The position numbers and the translations under genes were made by a program. Of a stretch of DNA of 64,000 nucleotides, positions 20,070 through 30,696 are shown in pieces. The DNA lies in assembly GCA_963662405.2 (NCBI GenBank), contig CAXXKT010000002.1:96001-160000 (forward strand), in the 5' to 3' direction. The notes under the pieces are model-generated. The model saw only the letters and a program-made list of their open reading frames with translations, was not told where the DNA came from and did not search any database. The DNA is from Syntrophales bacterium. Its GTDB lineage: Bacteria; Desulfobacterota; Syntrophia; Syntrophales; UBA2210. Position 1 is the stretch's first letter, and each line of letters opens with the position of its first letter.

Positions 20070-21329
20070 GTGAAGAGGACACCCTTGCATCGCTGGCATC
20101 GGGAGCAGGGTGCGAAGATGGCCCTGTTCGGTGGATACGAGATGCCCCTGTGGTATCCCTCCGGGATAAAGCGTGAGCATCTCGCGGTCCTGACGGGTGC
20201 CGGTCTGTTCGACACAAGCCACATGGCCGTCGTTACGGTCGAAGGGGACGGTGCGCATTCACTCCTCCAATACTGTTTTACCAAAGACCTGAATGCCTGT
20301 ATCGGGAAGAGCAGGACCCCCCTGGTCCCGGGAAGAGCCATATACGGCCTCTTCCTCAACGAGGCCGGTCATGTCATTGATGATGCCATCGTCTCGCAAA
20401 TCACACCACAACTGTACATGATCGTCGTGAACGCCGGCATGGGAGAAACTGTCGCCCGGCATCTGGAAAACCACACAGGCACAAGGGATGTACATATTCG
20501 AGACCTTACGGACGGGATCGGCAAGATGGATATCCAGGGTCCCCTGTCCGCCAGGATCCTTGCGAAGATGATCAGGGAACCGGAGCGGGTTTTCGAGAGA
20601 CTCCCCTACTTCTCTTTCAAAGGGTTCTTTGATGGATCAGTCTCCCCTCTCGGTGATGTTCGTCTCCTCAATGATAAGCCTATTATGTTGTCCCGCACCG
20701 GATATACCGGGGAATTCGGTTTCGAACTCTACATGAATGCGGCGAATATCGAAGCCGCTTGGCAGATGGCACTGGATGTCGGGGCGGAATTCGACCTCAC
20801 GATCTGCGGACTTGCCGCACGTGATTCCCTGAGGGCAGGAGCGGTTCTCCCCCTTTCCCATCAGGATATCGGCACCTGGCCCTTTCGCAATAACCCCTGG
20901 TCCTTTGCCTTGTCAACCAAAAATGATAACACCTTTTCCAAACGGTTTTTCGGCGATACGGCCCTTGAAAAGGAAGCTGATTTTGAGTATACCTACCCCT
21001 TCGTCGGGTTTGATCTGCGAAAGGTTTCACCCGGGAGTTCAACGATGGTCGCCGACGCGAGTGGTGCCCCTATCGGCACGGTTATGACCTGTGTGACGGA
21101 TATGGGAATCGATCGCGTCGGGGGGAAGATATACAGCATTGCCAGTCCGGACAGACCGGAGGGGTTTCGTCCACGGGGTCTTTCCTGTGGTTTCGTGAAG
21201 GTCACGAAGGCGTTGGCTAGGGGGGATGCCATATTTTTAAAGGACGATCGACGTTCGATACAGGTCCTCATCAGCGATGATATTCGGCCCCACCGGAGCG
21301 CACGCAGGGCTCTCAAGGACATGCTGTAA
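20070..21329 (+). CDS. gcvT: Glycine cleavage system aminomethyltransferase T
   Basis: KRTPL, FDTSHM, QGP, SRTGYTGEFGFE, GLAARDSLR; operon context. Confidence 0.9.
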   Translation: MKRTPLHRWHREQGAKMALFGGYEMPLWYPSGIKREHLAVLTGAGLFDTSHMAVVTVEGDGAHSLLQYCFTKDLNACIGKSRTPLVPGRAIYGLFLNEAGHVIDDAIVSQITPQLYMIVVNAGMGETVARHLENHTGTRDVHIRDLTDGIGKMDIQGPLSARILAKMIREPERVFERLPYFSFKGFFDGSVSPLGDVRLLNDKPIMLSRTGYTGEFGFELYMNAANIEAAWQMALDVGAEFDLTICGLAARDSLRAGAVLPLSHQDIGTWPFRNNPWSFALSTKNDNTFSKRFFGDTALEKEADFEYTYPFVGFDLRKVSPGSSTMVADASGAPIGTVMTCVTDMGIDRVGGKIYSIASPDRPEGFRPRGLSCGFVKVTKALARGDAIFLKDDRRSIQVLISDDIRPHRSARRALKDML

Positions 21330-21468
21330 CACCTGAGCAGTTAACACATTAAACTTTTGAGATTCTTTATCGCCTCTTTGCTGTGCGAGGGATGGGGCTG
21401 CCTGCTTCCACGTGTAAAAGCGAGAAGGGTTTCTTGCAAAATTATCAGATAAGAGGAGGGGATAACCT

Positions 21469-21873
21469 ATGAAGGAAATCGAAGAGCTGTTCTTGCCGGA
21501 TGATGTACGGTATGCAGAGACGCATGAGTGGGCCAGGGAGGAAGAAGATACCGTCATTGCAGGGATCAATGATTATGCTCAGGATCAATTAGGGGATATT
21601 GTTTTTGTCGAGCTTCCCGATCTTGGCGATACCTTTGAAAAAGGCGAGGAATTCGGGACATTGGAGTCGGTGAAGGCAGTCTCGGAGATTTTCATGCCGG
21701 TATCGGGAAAGATCGTGGCCGTGAACGATGCGCTATCGGAAGAGCCGGAATTAATCAACCAGGAACCGTACAACAGCGGTTGGCTGGTGGAGATAGAACC
21801 GGATGATCCCGACGAGATGCATTCCCTCATGACCAGCACCGAATACCTGGAGATGTTGAAAGGAGCCGAATAG
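21469..21873 (+). CDS. gcvH: Glycine cleavage system H protein
   Basis: HEW, AQDQLGDIVFVELP, ESVKA lipoyl-Lys. Confidence 0.97.
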   Translation: MKEIEELFLPDDVRYAETHEWAREEEDTVIAGINDYAQDQLGDIVFVELPDLGDTFEKGEEFGTLESVKAVSEIFMPVSGKIVAVNDALSEEPELINQEPYNSGWLVEIEPDDPDEMHSLMTSTEYLEMLKGAE

Positions 21874-23205
21874 ATGCGCTATCTGCCCCACACCGAAGAA
21901 GACATTGCATCCATGCTGCGGTCGGTCGGTGTGGAGCGTATCGATGATCTTTTCTCGGGCATACCGCCGGGTTGCAGGATAGAAAATCCCCTGAACCTGC
22001 CCGAAGCTCTGACGGAGTGGGAGCTGAACACCCTCATGGACGGCCTTGCCGGTACGATGGCAATCCCACCGGGATACAGAATCTTTATGGGTGCGGGGAG
22101 CTACGATCATCACATCCCCGAAACGGTTGCGTATCTCCTCGGCAGATCCGAGTTTTCGACGGCCTACACCCCTTACCAGCCTGAGATTAGCCAGGGAACA
22201 CTCCAGGGCATATACGAATACCAAACCCTGATCGGCCGTCTGCTGGGCATGGAGGTGGCGAATGCCTCACTGTATGACGGCGCATCGGCCCTTGCCGAGG
22301 CCCTTCTGATGGCCATTCGTATCACAAAGCGGAGGAAAGTGGCCGTCTCTGGCCTTATCCATCCCCATTACCGTGCCGTCGCGCGGACCTACTTACAGCC
22401 GGGAGGGTACGAGATAATCGAACTCCCCGGTCTGAAGAACGGCCGGACAGACACCTCGGGGCTCACCGATATGAATGATCTCGCTGCGGTTGCCATCCAG
22501 TCACCTAACTTCTTCGGGTGCATCGAGGATCTTCAACAAGCCGCCGAGAGGGTACATGAGACAGGTGCCCTCTTCATCGCATCCTTCACGGAACCGCTGA
22601 CCTACGGCCTCTACAAAAACCCGGGAAGCCAGGGAGCCGACATCGTCTGCGGCGAAGGACGGAGCCTCGGAATCCCCCAGTCATTCGGGGGCCCCGGACT
22701 GGGAATCTTTACCGGTCGGATGAAGCATGTCCGCAACATGCCGGGACGCCTCGTGGGCAAGACCGTCGATCGAGAGGGGAGGCCCGGGTTCGTCCTGACC
22801 CTTGCTACTCGGGAACAACACATACGCCGAGAGAAGGCAAATTCCAATATCTGCACCAACAACAGCCTCTGCGCCCTGGCATCGGCGATGTATCTGGCAT
22901 CCGTCGGCGGAACGGGGATTCGCGAGCTGGCTTCACTGAATTACGACAAGACGGAATACCTCAAACGGGGTCTCAGGGAGGCGGGCTGCAAGATCCCCTT
23001 TGATACCCCCACCTTCAATGAGTTCGTCGTCGCCTTTCCAAATGGATTTACGGACACCTCGGCGAGATTGCTCAAAAAGCACATCGTGGCGGGGGTGCCG
23101 ATTGGGCGATGGTATCCGGAACTGACCGGTCATGTCCTCCTGTGCGCCACGGAGACGGCAGGTAAGGACGACATGGATGCCCTGATTCGGGAGGTGCAAT
23201 CATGA
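21874..23205 (+). CDS. gcvPA: Glycine dehydrogenase subunit 1
   Basis: MRYLPHT, TAYTPYQPEISQG, REQHIRREKANSNICTN. Confidence 0.96.
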   Translation: MRYLPHTEEDIASMLRSVGVERIDDLFSGIPPGCRIENPLNLPEALTEWELNTLMDGLAGTMAIPPGYRIFMGAGSYDHHIPETVAYLLGRSEFSTAYTPYQPEISQGTLQGIYEYQTLIGRLLGMEVANASLYDGASALAEALLMAIRITKRRKVAVSGLIHPHYRAVARTYLQPGGYEIIELPGLKNGRTDTSGLTDMNDLAAVAIQSPNFFGCIEDLQQAAERVHETGALFIASFTEPLTYGLYKNPGSQGADIVCGEGRSLGIPQSFGGPGLGIFTGRMKHVRNMPGRLVGKTVDREGRPGFVLTLATREQHIRREKANSNICTNNSLCALASAMYLASVGGTGIRELASLNYDKTEYLKRGLREAGCKIPFDTPTFNEFVVAFPNGFTDTSARLLKKHIVAGVPIGRWYPELTGHVLLCATETAGKDDMDALIREVQS

Positions 23206-24650
23206 AAGAGCGGCAAGGGACTTCCGGCCTGATATGCAACGAGCCCCTCCTGTGGGAAAAGGGCAAATCGGGGAGAAGCGGCTTCTCCATGCCCCGGAGA
23301 GACATTGTCCCCTCCCCTCTCGACAAAAACCTCGTGGGTGACGGACCCGATCTTCCCGATCTCTCCGAGGTGGATGTCGTTCGTCACTACACCCGTCTCT
23401 CCCAGTGGAATTTCGGGGTTGATACGGGGATGTACCCCCTCGGCTCCTGTACGATGAAGTACAATCCCAAGATCAATGAACGACAGGCCGCACTGGCCGG
23501 ATTTGCCAACGCGCATCCCCTCCTTCCGGCAGAGCTGTCACAGGGTGTTCTTGAGCTGATGTATCGCCTGGAACAATGCCTCGCCGAGATAACGGGGATG
23601 GATGCCGTCACGCTCCAGCCGGCTGCGGGCGCGCACGGGGAACTGACCGGGATGTTTCTCATACATGCCTACCACGGGAGCAGGGGTTCGCGCCGGACAA
23701 AGATGATCGTCCCGGATACCGCGCATGGGACCAACCCCGCGAGCGCGGCCTTCTGCGGCCTTTCCGCCGTACCGGTACCATCGAACGAAAAGGGGATCGT
23801 ATCTCCCGAGGCCGTCGCCGCAGTCATGGATGAGGAGACGGCGGGGATCATGATAACCAATCCGAATACGCTGGGACTCTTCGAGGAGGATATCCGCAAG
23901 ATAGCGGATATCGTGCATGCAAAGGGAGGACTCGTTTACGGCGACGGTGCCAACATGAATGCGGTCATGGGGATCGTCCAGCCGGGGAAGATCGGATTCG
24001 ACGTGATGCACCTGAATCTCCACAAGACCTTCTCGACGCCTCACGGTGGTGGTGGACCCGGCTCGGGCCCGGTCTGTGTCAAGGCATTCCTGGAGCCGTT
24101 TCTTCCCGTTCCGCGGGTGGTGTTCAACAACGGACAATACCTGTTATCGGAGGATTCTCCCGAATCAATTGGAAGGATGCACTCGTTTCATGGAAACGTC
24201 GGCGTCATGATCAAGGCCTTCTCGTACATCATGTCTCTGGGTGGGGGTGGGCTGAAAGAAGCCAGCCGTCTTGCCGTCCTCAACGCCAATTATATAAAGG
24301 AGAACCTTAAGGATGTATTGCATCTTGCTTATGATAGAGAATGTATGCACGAGTGCGTGTTCTCCGACAAATTTCAGGAAGACAACAAGGTCACCACGCT
24401 GGACATGGCGAAACGGCTCATGGACTACGGATTTCACCCCCCGACGATCTATTTCCCTCTCGTCGTCCACGGTGCTATGATGATCGAACCGACGGAAACC
24501 GAATCGAAGGAGGATATCGATCGTTTTATTGAGGCTCTCAGGGCCATCGCCGCCGAAGATCCCGACCTGATCAGGTCCGCCCCCCGCCGTCCCAAGCTGG
24601 GCAGACTGGATGAGACCTTGGCCGCCCGAAAGCCCTGCCTCGCGGGATAA
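23202..24650 (+). CDS. gcvPB: Glycine dehydrogenase subunit 2
   Basis: YPLGSCTMKYNP, NLHKTFSTPHGGGGPG, EPTETES. Confidence 0.96.
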   Translation: MKERQGTSGLICNEPLLWEKGKSGRSGFSMPRRDIVPSPLDKNLVGDGPDLPDLSEVDVVRHYTRLSQWNFGVDTGMYPLGSCTMKYNPKINERQAALAGFANAHPLLPAELSQGVLELMYRLEQCLAEITGMDAVTLQPAAGAHGELTGMFLIHAYHGSRGSRRTKMIVPDTAHGTNPASAAFCGLSAVPVPSNEKGIVSPEAVAAVMDEETAGIMITNPNTLGLFEEDIRKIADIVHAKGGLVYGDGANMNAVMGIVQPGKIGFDVMHLNLHKTFSTPHGGGGPGSGPVCVKAFLEPFLPVPRVVFNNGQYLLSEDSPESIGRMHSFHGNVGVMIKAFSYIMSLGGGGLKEASRLAVLNANYIKENLKDVLHLAYDRECMHECVFSDKFQEDNKVTTLDMAKRLMDYGFHPPTIYFPLVVHGAMMIEPTETESKEDIDRFIEALRAIAAEDPDLIRSAPRRPKLGRLDETLAARKPCLAG

Positions 24651-24654
24651 TTTC

Positions 24655-25536
24655 ATGGACTCTCTAAGGCAGGCACCGATGAGGAAACCTCCGTGGCTCA
24701 AGAAAAATCTCCCCCGCGGGGCGGCGTACCAGCCGGTCAGGCAACTCCTCAGAGAAAACCGGTTACATACCGTCTGTGAAGAGGCCCTGTGTCCCAATCT
24801 CTGGGAGTGTTTTTCCCGGGGGACGGCGACGTTCCTTATCATGGGACCTGCCTGTACCCGAGATTGCCGTTTCTGTGCCATATCTCCCGGGAGACCCGGT
24901 CCGCCCGACCCGGAGGAGCCCTCCCGAATCGCTGACGCGGTAGGGACCATGAGGCTTCGGTACGCCGTCGTTACCTCCGTGACGCGAGACGACCTCCCCG
25001 ACGGAGGGGCGTCCTTCTTCGTCGAGACGATCACCACAATACGAGAAGCCCACCCGGAAGCCAGTGTGGAGGTCCTCATACCCGATTTCAGGGGAGATCC
25101 CCTGGCGCTCTCCTCCGTCATCGAGGCTCACCCCGATGTCCTCAACCACAACATTGAAACGGTCCCCCGACTCTATCCCGTTGCACGCCCTCAGGCGTCA
25201 TACCGGCGCTCCCTCGGTCTCCTGCAACGGACGAAACAAACCCATTCAGGAATACCGGTCAAATCAGGGATGATGCTGGGCCTCGGGGAGACCGCATCGG
25301 AGATCGAACAGGCCCTCCGTGACCTGGCAGGTACCGGGTGCGATATCCTGACCCTGGGGCAATATCTCCAGCCCTCCAAAGGGCACCTTCCGGTGGAGCG
25401 ATTCGTCCACCCCGATGAATTTGATGCATGGCGCGAGGTTGCCCTCGGGATGGGATTCGCGGCTGTCGTCAGCGGTCCCCTCGTGAGGAGTTCATACCGT
25501 GCCGGAGAACTCTACGGCATGATAAAAAAGAGATAA
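24655..25536 (+). CDS. lipA: Lipoyl synthase
   Basis: CEEALCPNLWEC, CTRDCRFC, VRSSY. Confidence 0.96.
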   Translation: MDSLRQAPMRKPPWLKKNLPRGAAYQPVRQLLRENRLHTVCEEALCPNLWECFSRGTATFLIMGPACTRDCRFCAISPGRPGPPDPEEPSRIADAVGTMRLRYAVVTSVTRDDLPDGGASFFVETITTIREAHPEASVEVLIPDFRGDPLALSSVIEAHPDVLNHNIETVPRLYPVARPQASYRRSLGLLQRTKQTHSGIPVKSGMMLGLGETASEIEQALRDLAGTGCDILTLGQYLQPSKGHLPVERFVHPDEFDAWREVALGMGFAAVVSGPLVRSSYRAGELYGMIKKR

Positions 25537-25557
25537 GGAGCAGGAATACCGACCACC

Positions 25558-25764
25558 ATGATTGAATGTAAAAAGGAAGAAAATCGGGATCGATGTAATT
25601 GTACCTACGAACCGTGCAGCCGCAAGGGGACCTGTTGCGACTGCCTGCAGTATCACCTGCGGATGCGGGAGCTCCCGGCCTGCTGCTTCGACAGCGACGC
25701 GGAGCGTACCTACGACCGTTCCTTCGAGCACTTCGCCCGTCTGGTAACGGAAAGGAAATTATAA
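25558..25764 (+). CDS. Small Cys-rich protein (DUF6485-like)
   Basis: [18 protein letters not shown]...LPACCF...YDRS; AAGGAG upstream. Confidence 0.75.
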   Translation: MIECKKEENRDRCNCTYEPCSRKGTCCDCLQYHLRMRELPACCFDSDAERTYDRSFEHFARLVTERKL

Positions 25765-27156
25765 AGTACTCCAACCGGGATCAACCATGCGCATCAGTTC
25801 CATGATCCCTTCGGACAGGGTCGGGTGCGCATGGATCATCCGCGCAATATCACCGGGGCAAAGTCCGGCCGCCCTGGCCAGAAGGATCTCGTGGATCAGT
25901 TCGGTGGCGTTGTGCCCCACGATATGAGCCCCCAGGATCTCCTCTGTATCCGGATCGTACAGTACCTTGAACATTCCTTCGGTCATTCCTTCGGCGACCG
26001 CTTTCCCTGTTGATCGGTACGGGAGCATCGCCTTCTTATAGGAAATGCCTTCTCCCTTTGCCTGCTGTTCACGGAGGCCGAAGCCCGCCACCTGCGGTTC
26101 ACAGTACACGGCGGAGGGTATGAGGTTGAGATCGATCCGGGGCGTTGTTGCGCGGCCCGCGATATGCTCGGCGGCAATCTCTCCTTCCCGCGCCGCCACA
26201 TGCGCCAGGAGGGGGGTCTTGACCACATCGCCGACGGCGTAGACCCCGCTTACTTTTGTCTGATTGTAATCCCCCACGGGGATAAACCCTTCGTCGGTAG
26301 CCACACCGATATTATCCAGACCGATCGAATCCGTGTTCGGCGTCCGTCCGAAGGCGCACAGGACCTTCCGGGCCTCGATCCGTTTTTTTATGTCACCCTT
26401 TTCCGATACCGTCACCATGACCGCGCGAGGTGATTTTTCCAGGGATTCCGCACGCGTGCCGGTCATCACTTCAATGCCACTCTTCTTGAAAGAACGCTCC
26501 AGAATGAGAGCGGCCCGTGCGTCCTCGCCGGGGAGGATCTGGCTTTCCATCTCAACGAGTGACACCCGCACACCGAACCGATTCATGATGTAGGCAAATT
26601 CGCACCCGATGGCCCCCGCGCCCAGGATAACCAGGCTTTCCGGCAACTCTCTCAGGGAGAGGATCCCCCTCGACGAGAGGACCTGGTTTCCATCAAACTC
26701 AAATCCACTGACCTGACGGGGTCGTGAGCCCGTTGCAATAATGATCTGTTTCCCTGTAATTTCAGAAGAATCATCGAGCACTACGGTGTTTCTTGAAACG
26801 ATTTTCGCCGTTCCCCAGATGCAGACGGCCCTGGCTGCCTTCAGGAAACGCTCGACACTCGTGACGAGGGTTTGTACCGCCTCTCTGGATTGATCATGGA
26901 CATATCCGTAATCGAACCGCGTGGTATCGACGTCTCCCCCCATCGCCTCCAATGCAAGACGGGCATGGAAGATACCGGCCTGGTGAATGAGATTCTTTGT
27001 CGGGACACAGCCCCAGTTCAGACAGACGCCGCCCGGGGTGTCCTGTTCTATGACGCAGGTTTTGAGTCCCAGCCGGCCGGCCCGGCCGGCGGCGCTGTAT
27101 CCACCGGGACCTGCCCCTACCACGATCACGTCATATCGATCCTCCGGTTTCCTCAT
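25759..27156 (-). CDS. lpdA: Dihydrolipoyl dehydrogenase
   Basis: [31 protein letters not shown]. Confidence 0.95.
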   Translation of the reverse strand: MRKPEDRYDVIVVGAGPGGYSAAGRAGRLGLKTCVIEQDTPGGVCLNWGCVPTKNLIHQAGIFHARLALEAMGGDVDTTRFDYGYVHDQSREAVQTLVTSVERFLKAARAVCIWGTAKIVSRNTVVLDDSSEITGKQIIIATGSRPRQVSGFEFDGNQVLSSRGILSLRELPESLVILGAGAIGCEFAYIMNRFGVRVSLVEMESQILPGEDARAALILERSFKKSGIEVMTGTRAESLEKSPRAVMVTVSEKGDIKKRIEARKVLCAFGRTPNTDSIGLDNIGVATDEGFIPVGDYNQTKVSGVYAVGDVVKTPLLAHVAAREGEIAAEHIAGRATTPRIDLNLIPSAVYCEPQVAGFGLREQQAKGEGISYKKAMLPYRSTGKAVAEGMTEGMFKVLYDPDTEEILGAHIVGHNATELIHEILLARAAGLCPGDIARMIHAHPTLSEGIMELMRMVDPGWSTL

Positions 27157-27183
27157 TGCGCCACTCCGCTCCGATCCAGCGTG

Positions 27184-28098
27184 TTATATGAAGAGAGAGC
27201 CGATCAGCTCATTGATATCGTAGATGTCTTTTTTCGCGAGGTACTGTTCGATACCACCCACGATATCCGATGCCACCGAGGGATCGATAAAGTTGGCCGT
27301 TCCGATCTGGACGGCCCGCGCACCCGCAATCAAGAATTCGAGGGCGTCGGATGCATTCATGATTCCTCCGACACCGATAACGGGGATAGAGACCGCTTTG
27401 GCCGTCTCCCACACCATCCGCAGGGCAACCGGCTTTATCGCCGGACCGGACAGACCACCAGTGATATTCTTGAGATGCGGGATCCTCTTTTCTATGTCGA
27501 TCGACATGCCGGTCAGGGTGTTAATGAGGGAGACAGCGTCGGCCCCCGCAGCCTCGACGCTTCGGGCAATCTCGGTTATGTCGGTCACGTTCGGTGTCAG
27601 TTTCACGATGACGGGGAGACGAGATACTTTTTTGACTTCTCGCGTCACCTCACCGGCGAGAATGGGATCGGACCCGAAGGTGACCCCCCCCTTCTTGACA
27701 TTGGGACAGGATATGTTGATCTCCAGTGCATCCACTCCGTCTGCATCGTTCAGGTTCTGGGCAACGCTGACGTACTCGTCCACCCGCTCTCCGAATATAT
27801 TCGCAATGACCACCGAATCGATCTCCCGAAGAACGGGCAGTTTGTCTTTGATAAACGCCCGAACACCCACGTTCTGGAGACCGACCGCATTGAGCATACC
27901 GGAGGCGGTCTCCATAATCCGCGGGGGTGGATTCCCCAACCGCGGTTCCAGCGACAGACCTTTAACGATAATCCCCCCGAGGCGACCGAGTTCGAGGTAA
28001 TCGGCATATTCCTCACCGTAACCGAAGGTCCCTGACGCGGTCATGACCGGATTTTTCAGTTTTAGCCCCCCGATAGTGACACCCATCTGTACGTTCAC
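27184..28098 (-). CDS. pyrD: Dihydroorotate dehydrogenase B, catalytic subunit
   Basis: ASGTFGYG, NAVGLQN, NISCPNV, VKLTPN, GGLSGPAI; start chosen at GTG 28098. Confidence 0.95.
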   Translation of the reverse strand: MNVQMGVTIGGLKLKNPVMTASGTFGYGEEYADYLELGRLGGIIVKGLSLEPRLGNPPPRIMETASGMLNAVGLQNVGVRAFIKDKLPVLREIDSVVIANIFGERVDEYVSVAQNLNDADGVDALEINISCPNVKKGGVTFGSDPILAGEVTREVKKVSRLPVIVKLTPNVTDITEIARSVEAAGADAVSLINTLTGMSIDIEKRIPHLKNITGGLSGPAIKPVALRMVWETAKAVSIPVIGVGGIMNASDALEFLIAGARAVQIGTANFIDPSVASDIVGGIEQYLAKKDIYDINELIGSLFI

Positions 28099-28129
28099 GG
28101 TACCGTTACCCCCGGATAACTCCCTAAGC

Positions 28130-28942
28130 TTACGCTTCGAATATAACACGCTTGATATCAAAGACCGGCCCCTCGGTACAGGCCCTGACCAGTTTTTCTT
28201 CTCCGTCGTCTCCCCGTGTCCTGACCACACACCCGAGACAGGCGCCGATGCCACAGGCCATCCGTTCCTCCAGAGAGACCTGGCAGGCAATGGGTTGGTC
28301 TTGTAACAATGTCTGCAGGCTCCTGAGCATGGACCGCGGGCCGCAGGAGTAGATCCGCACGTCATCGCCGTTATAGCAACCCAGGTCTTGCCGAAACAAC
28401 TCGGTTACCGTCCCGTGATATCCCCTGCTTCCGTCATCGGTGCTTATTTTTACCTCCGAGCAGACCTGTTCTAGCCGCTCCAGTCCCGGAATCACCCCCG
28501 CCTCCCCCGCGCCAAGGTAGCAGATGATATCCGGATCGGGAAACCGCTCTCGACATCGCTGTGCGAGAAAGGCAAGGGGGACCACCCCGATCCCGCCGGC
28601 GATCAGGATAATCTTTCTAGATGAAGGCGAAAGATCAAAGCCCTTGCCCAAAGGTCCCGCAGCGCGGAGAGCGGTTCCCTCCTTCAGCCGCGAGAACAGC
28701 TTCGTCCCCTTACCGACAACCTTATATAAGAGTTCCATAAAGGTTTCATTGCCTTTGGAGTAGACTGAGGAGATGCTTAAGGGGCGTGAGAGAAAGGGCC
28801 CGTGATCCGATTCCATTCGAATCATAACGAACTGCCCCGGGAGCGATTTCCTGAAGGATATCGGCACCTGCAGGGTCATCAAAAAATGTCCCCTGATCAT
28901 CTCTCTCTGTGAAAATATTATCGCCACGGTATCGGGATTCAT
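28130..28942 (-). CDS. pyrK: Dihydroorotate dehydrogenase electron-transfer subunit
   Basis: PGQF, RPLS, AGGIG, CGP, MACGIGACLGC...CTEGPVF. Confidence 0.93.
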   Translation of the reverse strand: MNPDTVAIIFSQREMIRGHFLMTLQVPISFRKSLPGQFVMIRMESDHGPFLSRPLSISSVYSKGNETFMELLYKVVGKGTKLFSRLKEGTALRAAGPLGKGFDLSPSSRKIILIAGGIGVVPLAFLAQRCRERFPDPDIICYLGAGEAGVIPGLERLEQVCSEVKISTDDGSRGYHGTVTELFRQDLGCYNGDDVRIYSCGPRSMLRSLQTLLQDQPIACQVSLEERMACGIGACLGCVVRTRGDDGEEKLVRACTEGPVFDIKRVIFEA

Positions 28943-28951
28943 AACACCTTC

Positions 28952-29407
28952 TCACACATCAGCCCACATAATCAGGGCATCTTCACCCGTCTCCTGGTAG
29001 TAGGATGGCCTCACCCCTTCTACCACAAAGCCGAATCGTTTGTATAATGCCAATGCAGCCCTGTTCGACTCCCGGACTTCCAGGGTTACCCGTTTGACGC
29101 CCAGGGCGGAGATAGTCACTATCATCTGCGAGAGAAGTCCCGAGGCAACACCCAGCCGTTGCCAATCCTTGTGAACCGCCACGTTTCTGAGATGGGCCTC
29201 GTCACAGACCACGGCAAAACTGATATACCCCACCAGGATCTCTCCTATCACGGCCACGAGATCGTGACAAAAAGGATAGGCGATCTCTTCCAGAAACATC
29301 TCCCGAGACCAGGGAATGGAAAATGAGACATGCTCGATTACAAGGACATCATCCATGTCGCCGGCCGTCATCTCCCGCGTTCTGATCTCTGCATGTCTCC
29401 TCACCAT
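28952..29407 (-). CDS. rimI: Ribosomal protein S18 alanine N-acetyltransferase
   Basis: PWS, LEVRESN, YYQETGEDALIM. Confidence 0.9.
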   Translation of the reverse strand: MVRRHAEIRTREMTAGDMDDVLVIEHVSFSIPWSREMFLEEIAYPFCHDLVAVIGEILVGYISFAVVCDEAHLRNVAVHKDWQRLGVASGLLSQMIVTISALGVKRVTLEVRESNRAALALYKRFGFVVEGVRPSYYQETGEDALIMWADV

Positions 29408-29423
29408 ATCGGCACGTTACCCG

Positions 29424-30110
29424 CTATAAAATCTTCATCAACATCGCTGTGATGAGGAAGATGCCTGCAAAGAGAGGAACGGCGCCCCGCAGTTTGATCG
29501 TGCTCAGGGCGACGGCGACACCGACGAGAGGGATAACGGAGTAGGTATAGACGAGCGCCCTCAACATTTTCTCCGAAAGAAGCGGAAAGACCCACTCAAG
29601 AAACGCGACACCCGGTATCAGACAAAGAAGAATGACGGTGAAGGAACCCGCAAAAGTCTTCAGAAACCCGTATCTGTGCTCCTTGGCAATTCCCTGCATG
29701 TCTCCCCGGCGGGCATACTCCGCCGCCTTTCGGGAGAGCCTCGCATTTGTCTTTGCGATCCATATATCGACCTGACGGGCAAGAATAGCCGAGGGGAGAA
29801 ACAGAAGTATGGCAAGGGTCATCAGTTCCCGGGACACAGAATCCAGTTCTCTCCCCGCCAGTATCGCACCCGCCGTTGCCAGGACAGCGGCAATCGAGTC
29901 GTTGGGGGTGATATAGCCCCCCATCGGCAGCCGATCAATCCACAAGAGTTCGATAAAGGCCCCGATGATCAACCCGGTGAGGGGTTCCGAAAGCAGCACG
30001 CCGATGATGGGTCCAGCGACGATCGGCCGGGATATCATAACCTGCAGAAACACACGGTCCAAAGAGATAACGCCACCCACAAGGGCCACCTCAAGAAGAT
30101 TCAACCACAT
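29424..30110 (-). CDS. PTS mannose-class EIIC-like membrane protein
   Basis: SRPIVAG...G...ELLW...P.GG..PN motif. Confidence 0.8.
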   Translation of the reverse strand: MWLNLLEVALVGGVISLDRVFLQVMISRPIVAGPIIGVLLSEPLTGLIIGAFIELLWIDRLPMGGYITPNDSIAAVLATAGAILAGRELDSVSRELMTLAILLFLPSAILARQVDIWIAKTNARLSRKAAEYARRGDMQGIAKEHRYGFLKTFAGSFTVILLCLIPGVAFLEWVFPLLSEKMLRALVYTYSVIPLVGVAVALSTIKLRGAVPLFAGIFLITAMLMKIL

Positions 30111-30173
30111 GATACGCCTTCAGAATAAGGGAAAACTCCGTCGTTCATACACATATCGTGTCTCCCGCCGGTC

Positions 30174-30677
30174 TTATGCTCCGGGATGAACCGCGTGAAA
30201 CTTCTTTGAAGCCCTTAAGAAATCAATGGGCCTGTCTCGCGGGACGCACCGCAGTTCTATCTTGATCCCTTCATCGGCAAGCCACAATAACCCATTCACG
30301 CTATCTTCGTTCAATGATATGGAGGGTGTGGGATGATAGATGCTATTACTCGCATGCACATTACCGATATTGAGGCTTTTGATCTTGAGCCCCAGCCGGT
30401 AGGCCTTCAAAAGATCATCGATGTTTTCAAAGAGAATGATACTTTTCTGTTTCAGATACGTTTTATAGGTGTGTTCCTGTGAAAATTCCTGGACATTGTA
30501 CATGTGTGTCTTGATCTGCTGGGGCACCGCCATCCGGATAACCGTTTCCCTGAACAGATCATCCACAATTTCATCATTGACCACAACGATATGTGACGCG
30601 CCGACAAAGGGAATCCATGCCTCCAATATTTGGCCGTGAACCAATCGGTTATCTATACGTATCAGTGAAGAGTTCAT
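30174..30677 (-). CDS. PTS mannose/sorbose-class EIIB
   Basis: RIDNRLVHGQ, NIGN. Confidence 0.9.
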   Translation of the reverse strand: MNSSLIRIDNRLVHGQILEAWIPFVGASHIVVVNDEIVDDLFRETVIRMAVPQQIKTHMYNVQEFSQEHTYKTYLKQKSIILFENIDDLLKAYRLGLKIKSLNIGNVHASNSIYHPTPSISLNEDSVNGLLWLADEGIKIELRCVPRDRPIDFLRASKKFHAVHPGA

Positions 30678-30696
30678 CGATGGGGGGCGTCGCAGA

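Noticed and set aside
21330..21468. Glycine riboswitch in or before the gcv operon
   Set aside because: No GGAGA...CCGAAG...CTCTCAGG pattern; the gap before gcvT is only about 50 nt
20070..27156. Glycine cleavage system as a dedicated methyl supply for HgcA
   Set aside because: About 15 kb away and a common housekeeping pathway; no sequence evidence of linkage
26872..28035. Long antisense ORFs (also 10966..11979, 46595..47650, 48654..49805, 49845..50846)
   Set aside because: Shadows of well-supported genes on the opposite strand in GC-rich DNA, with no recognisable motifs
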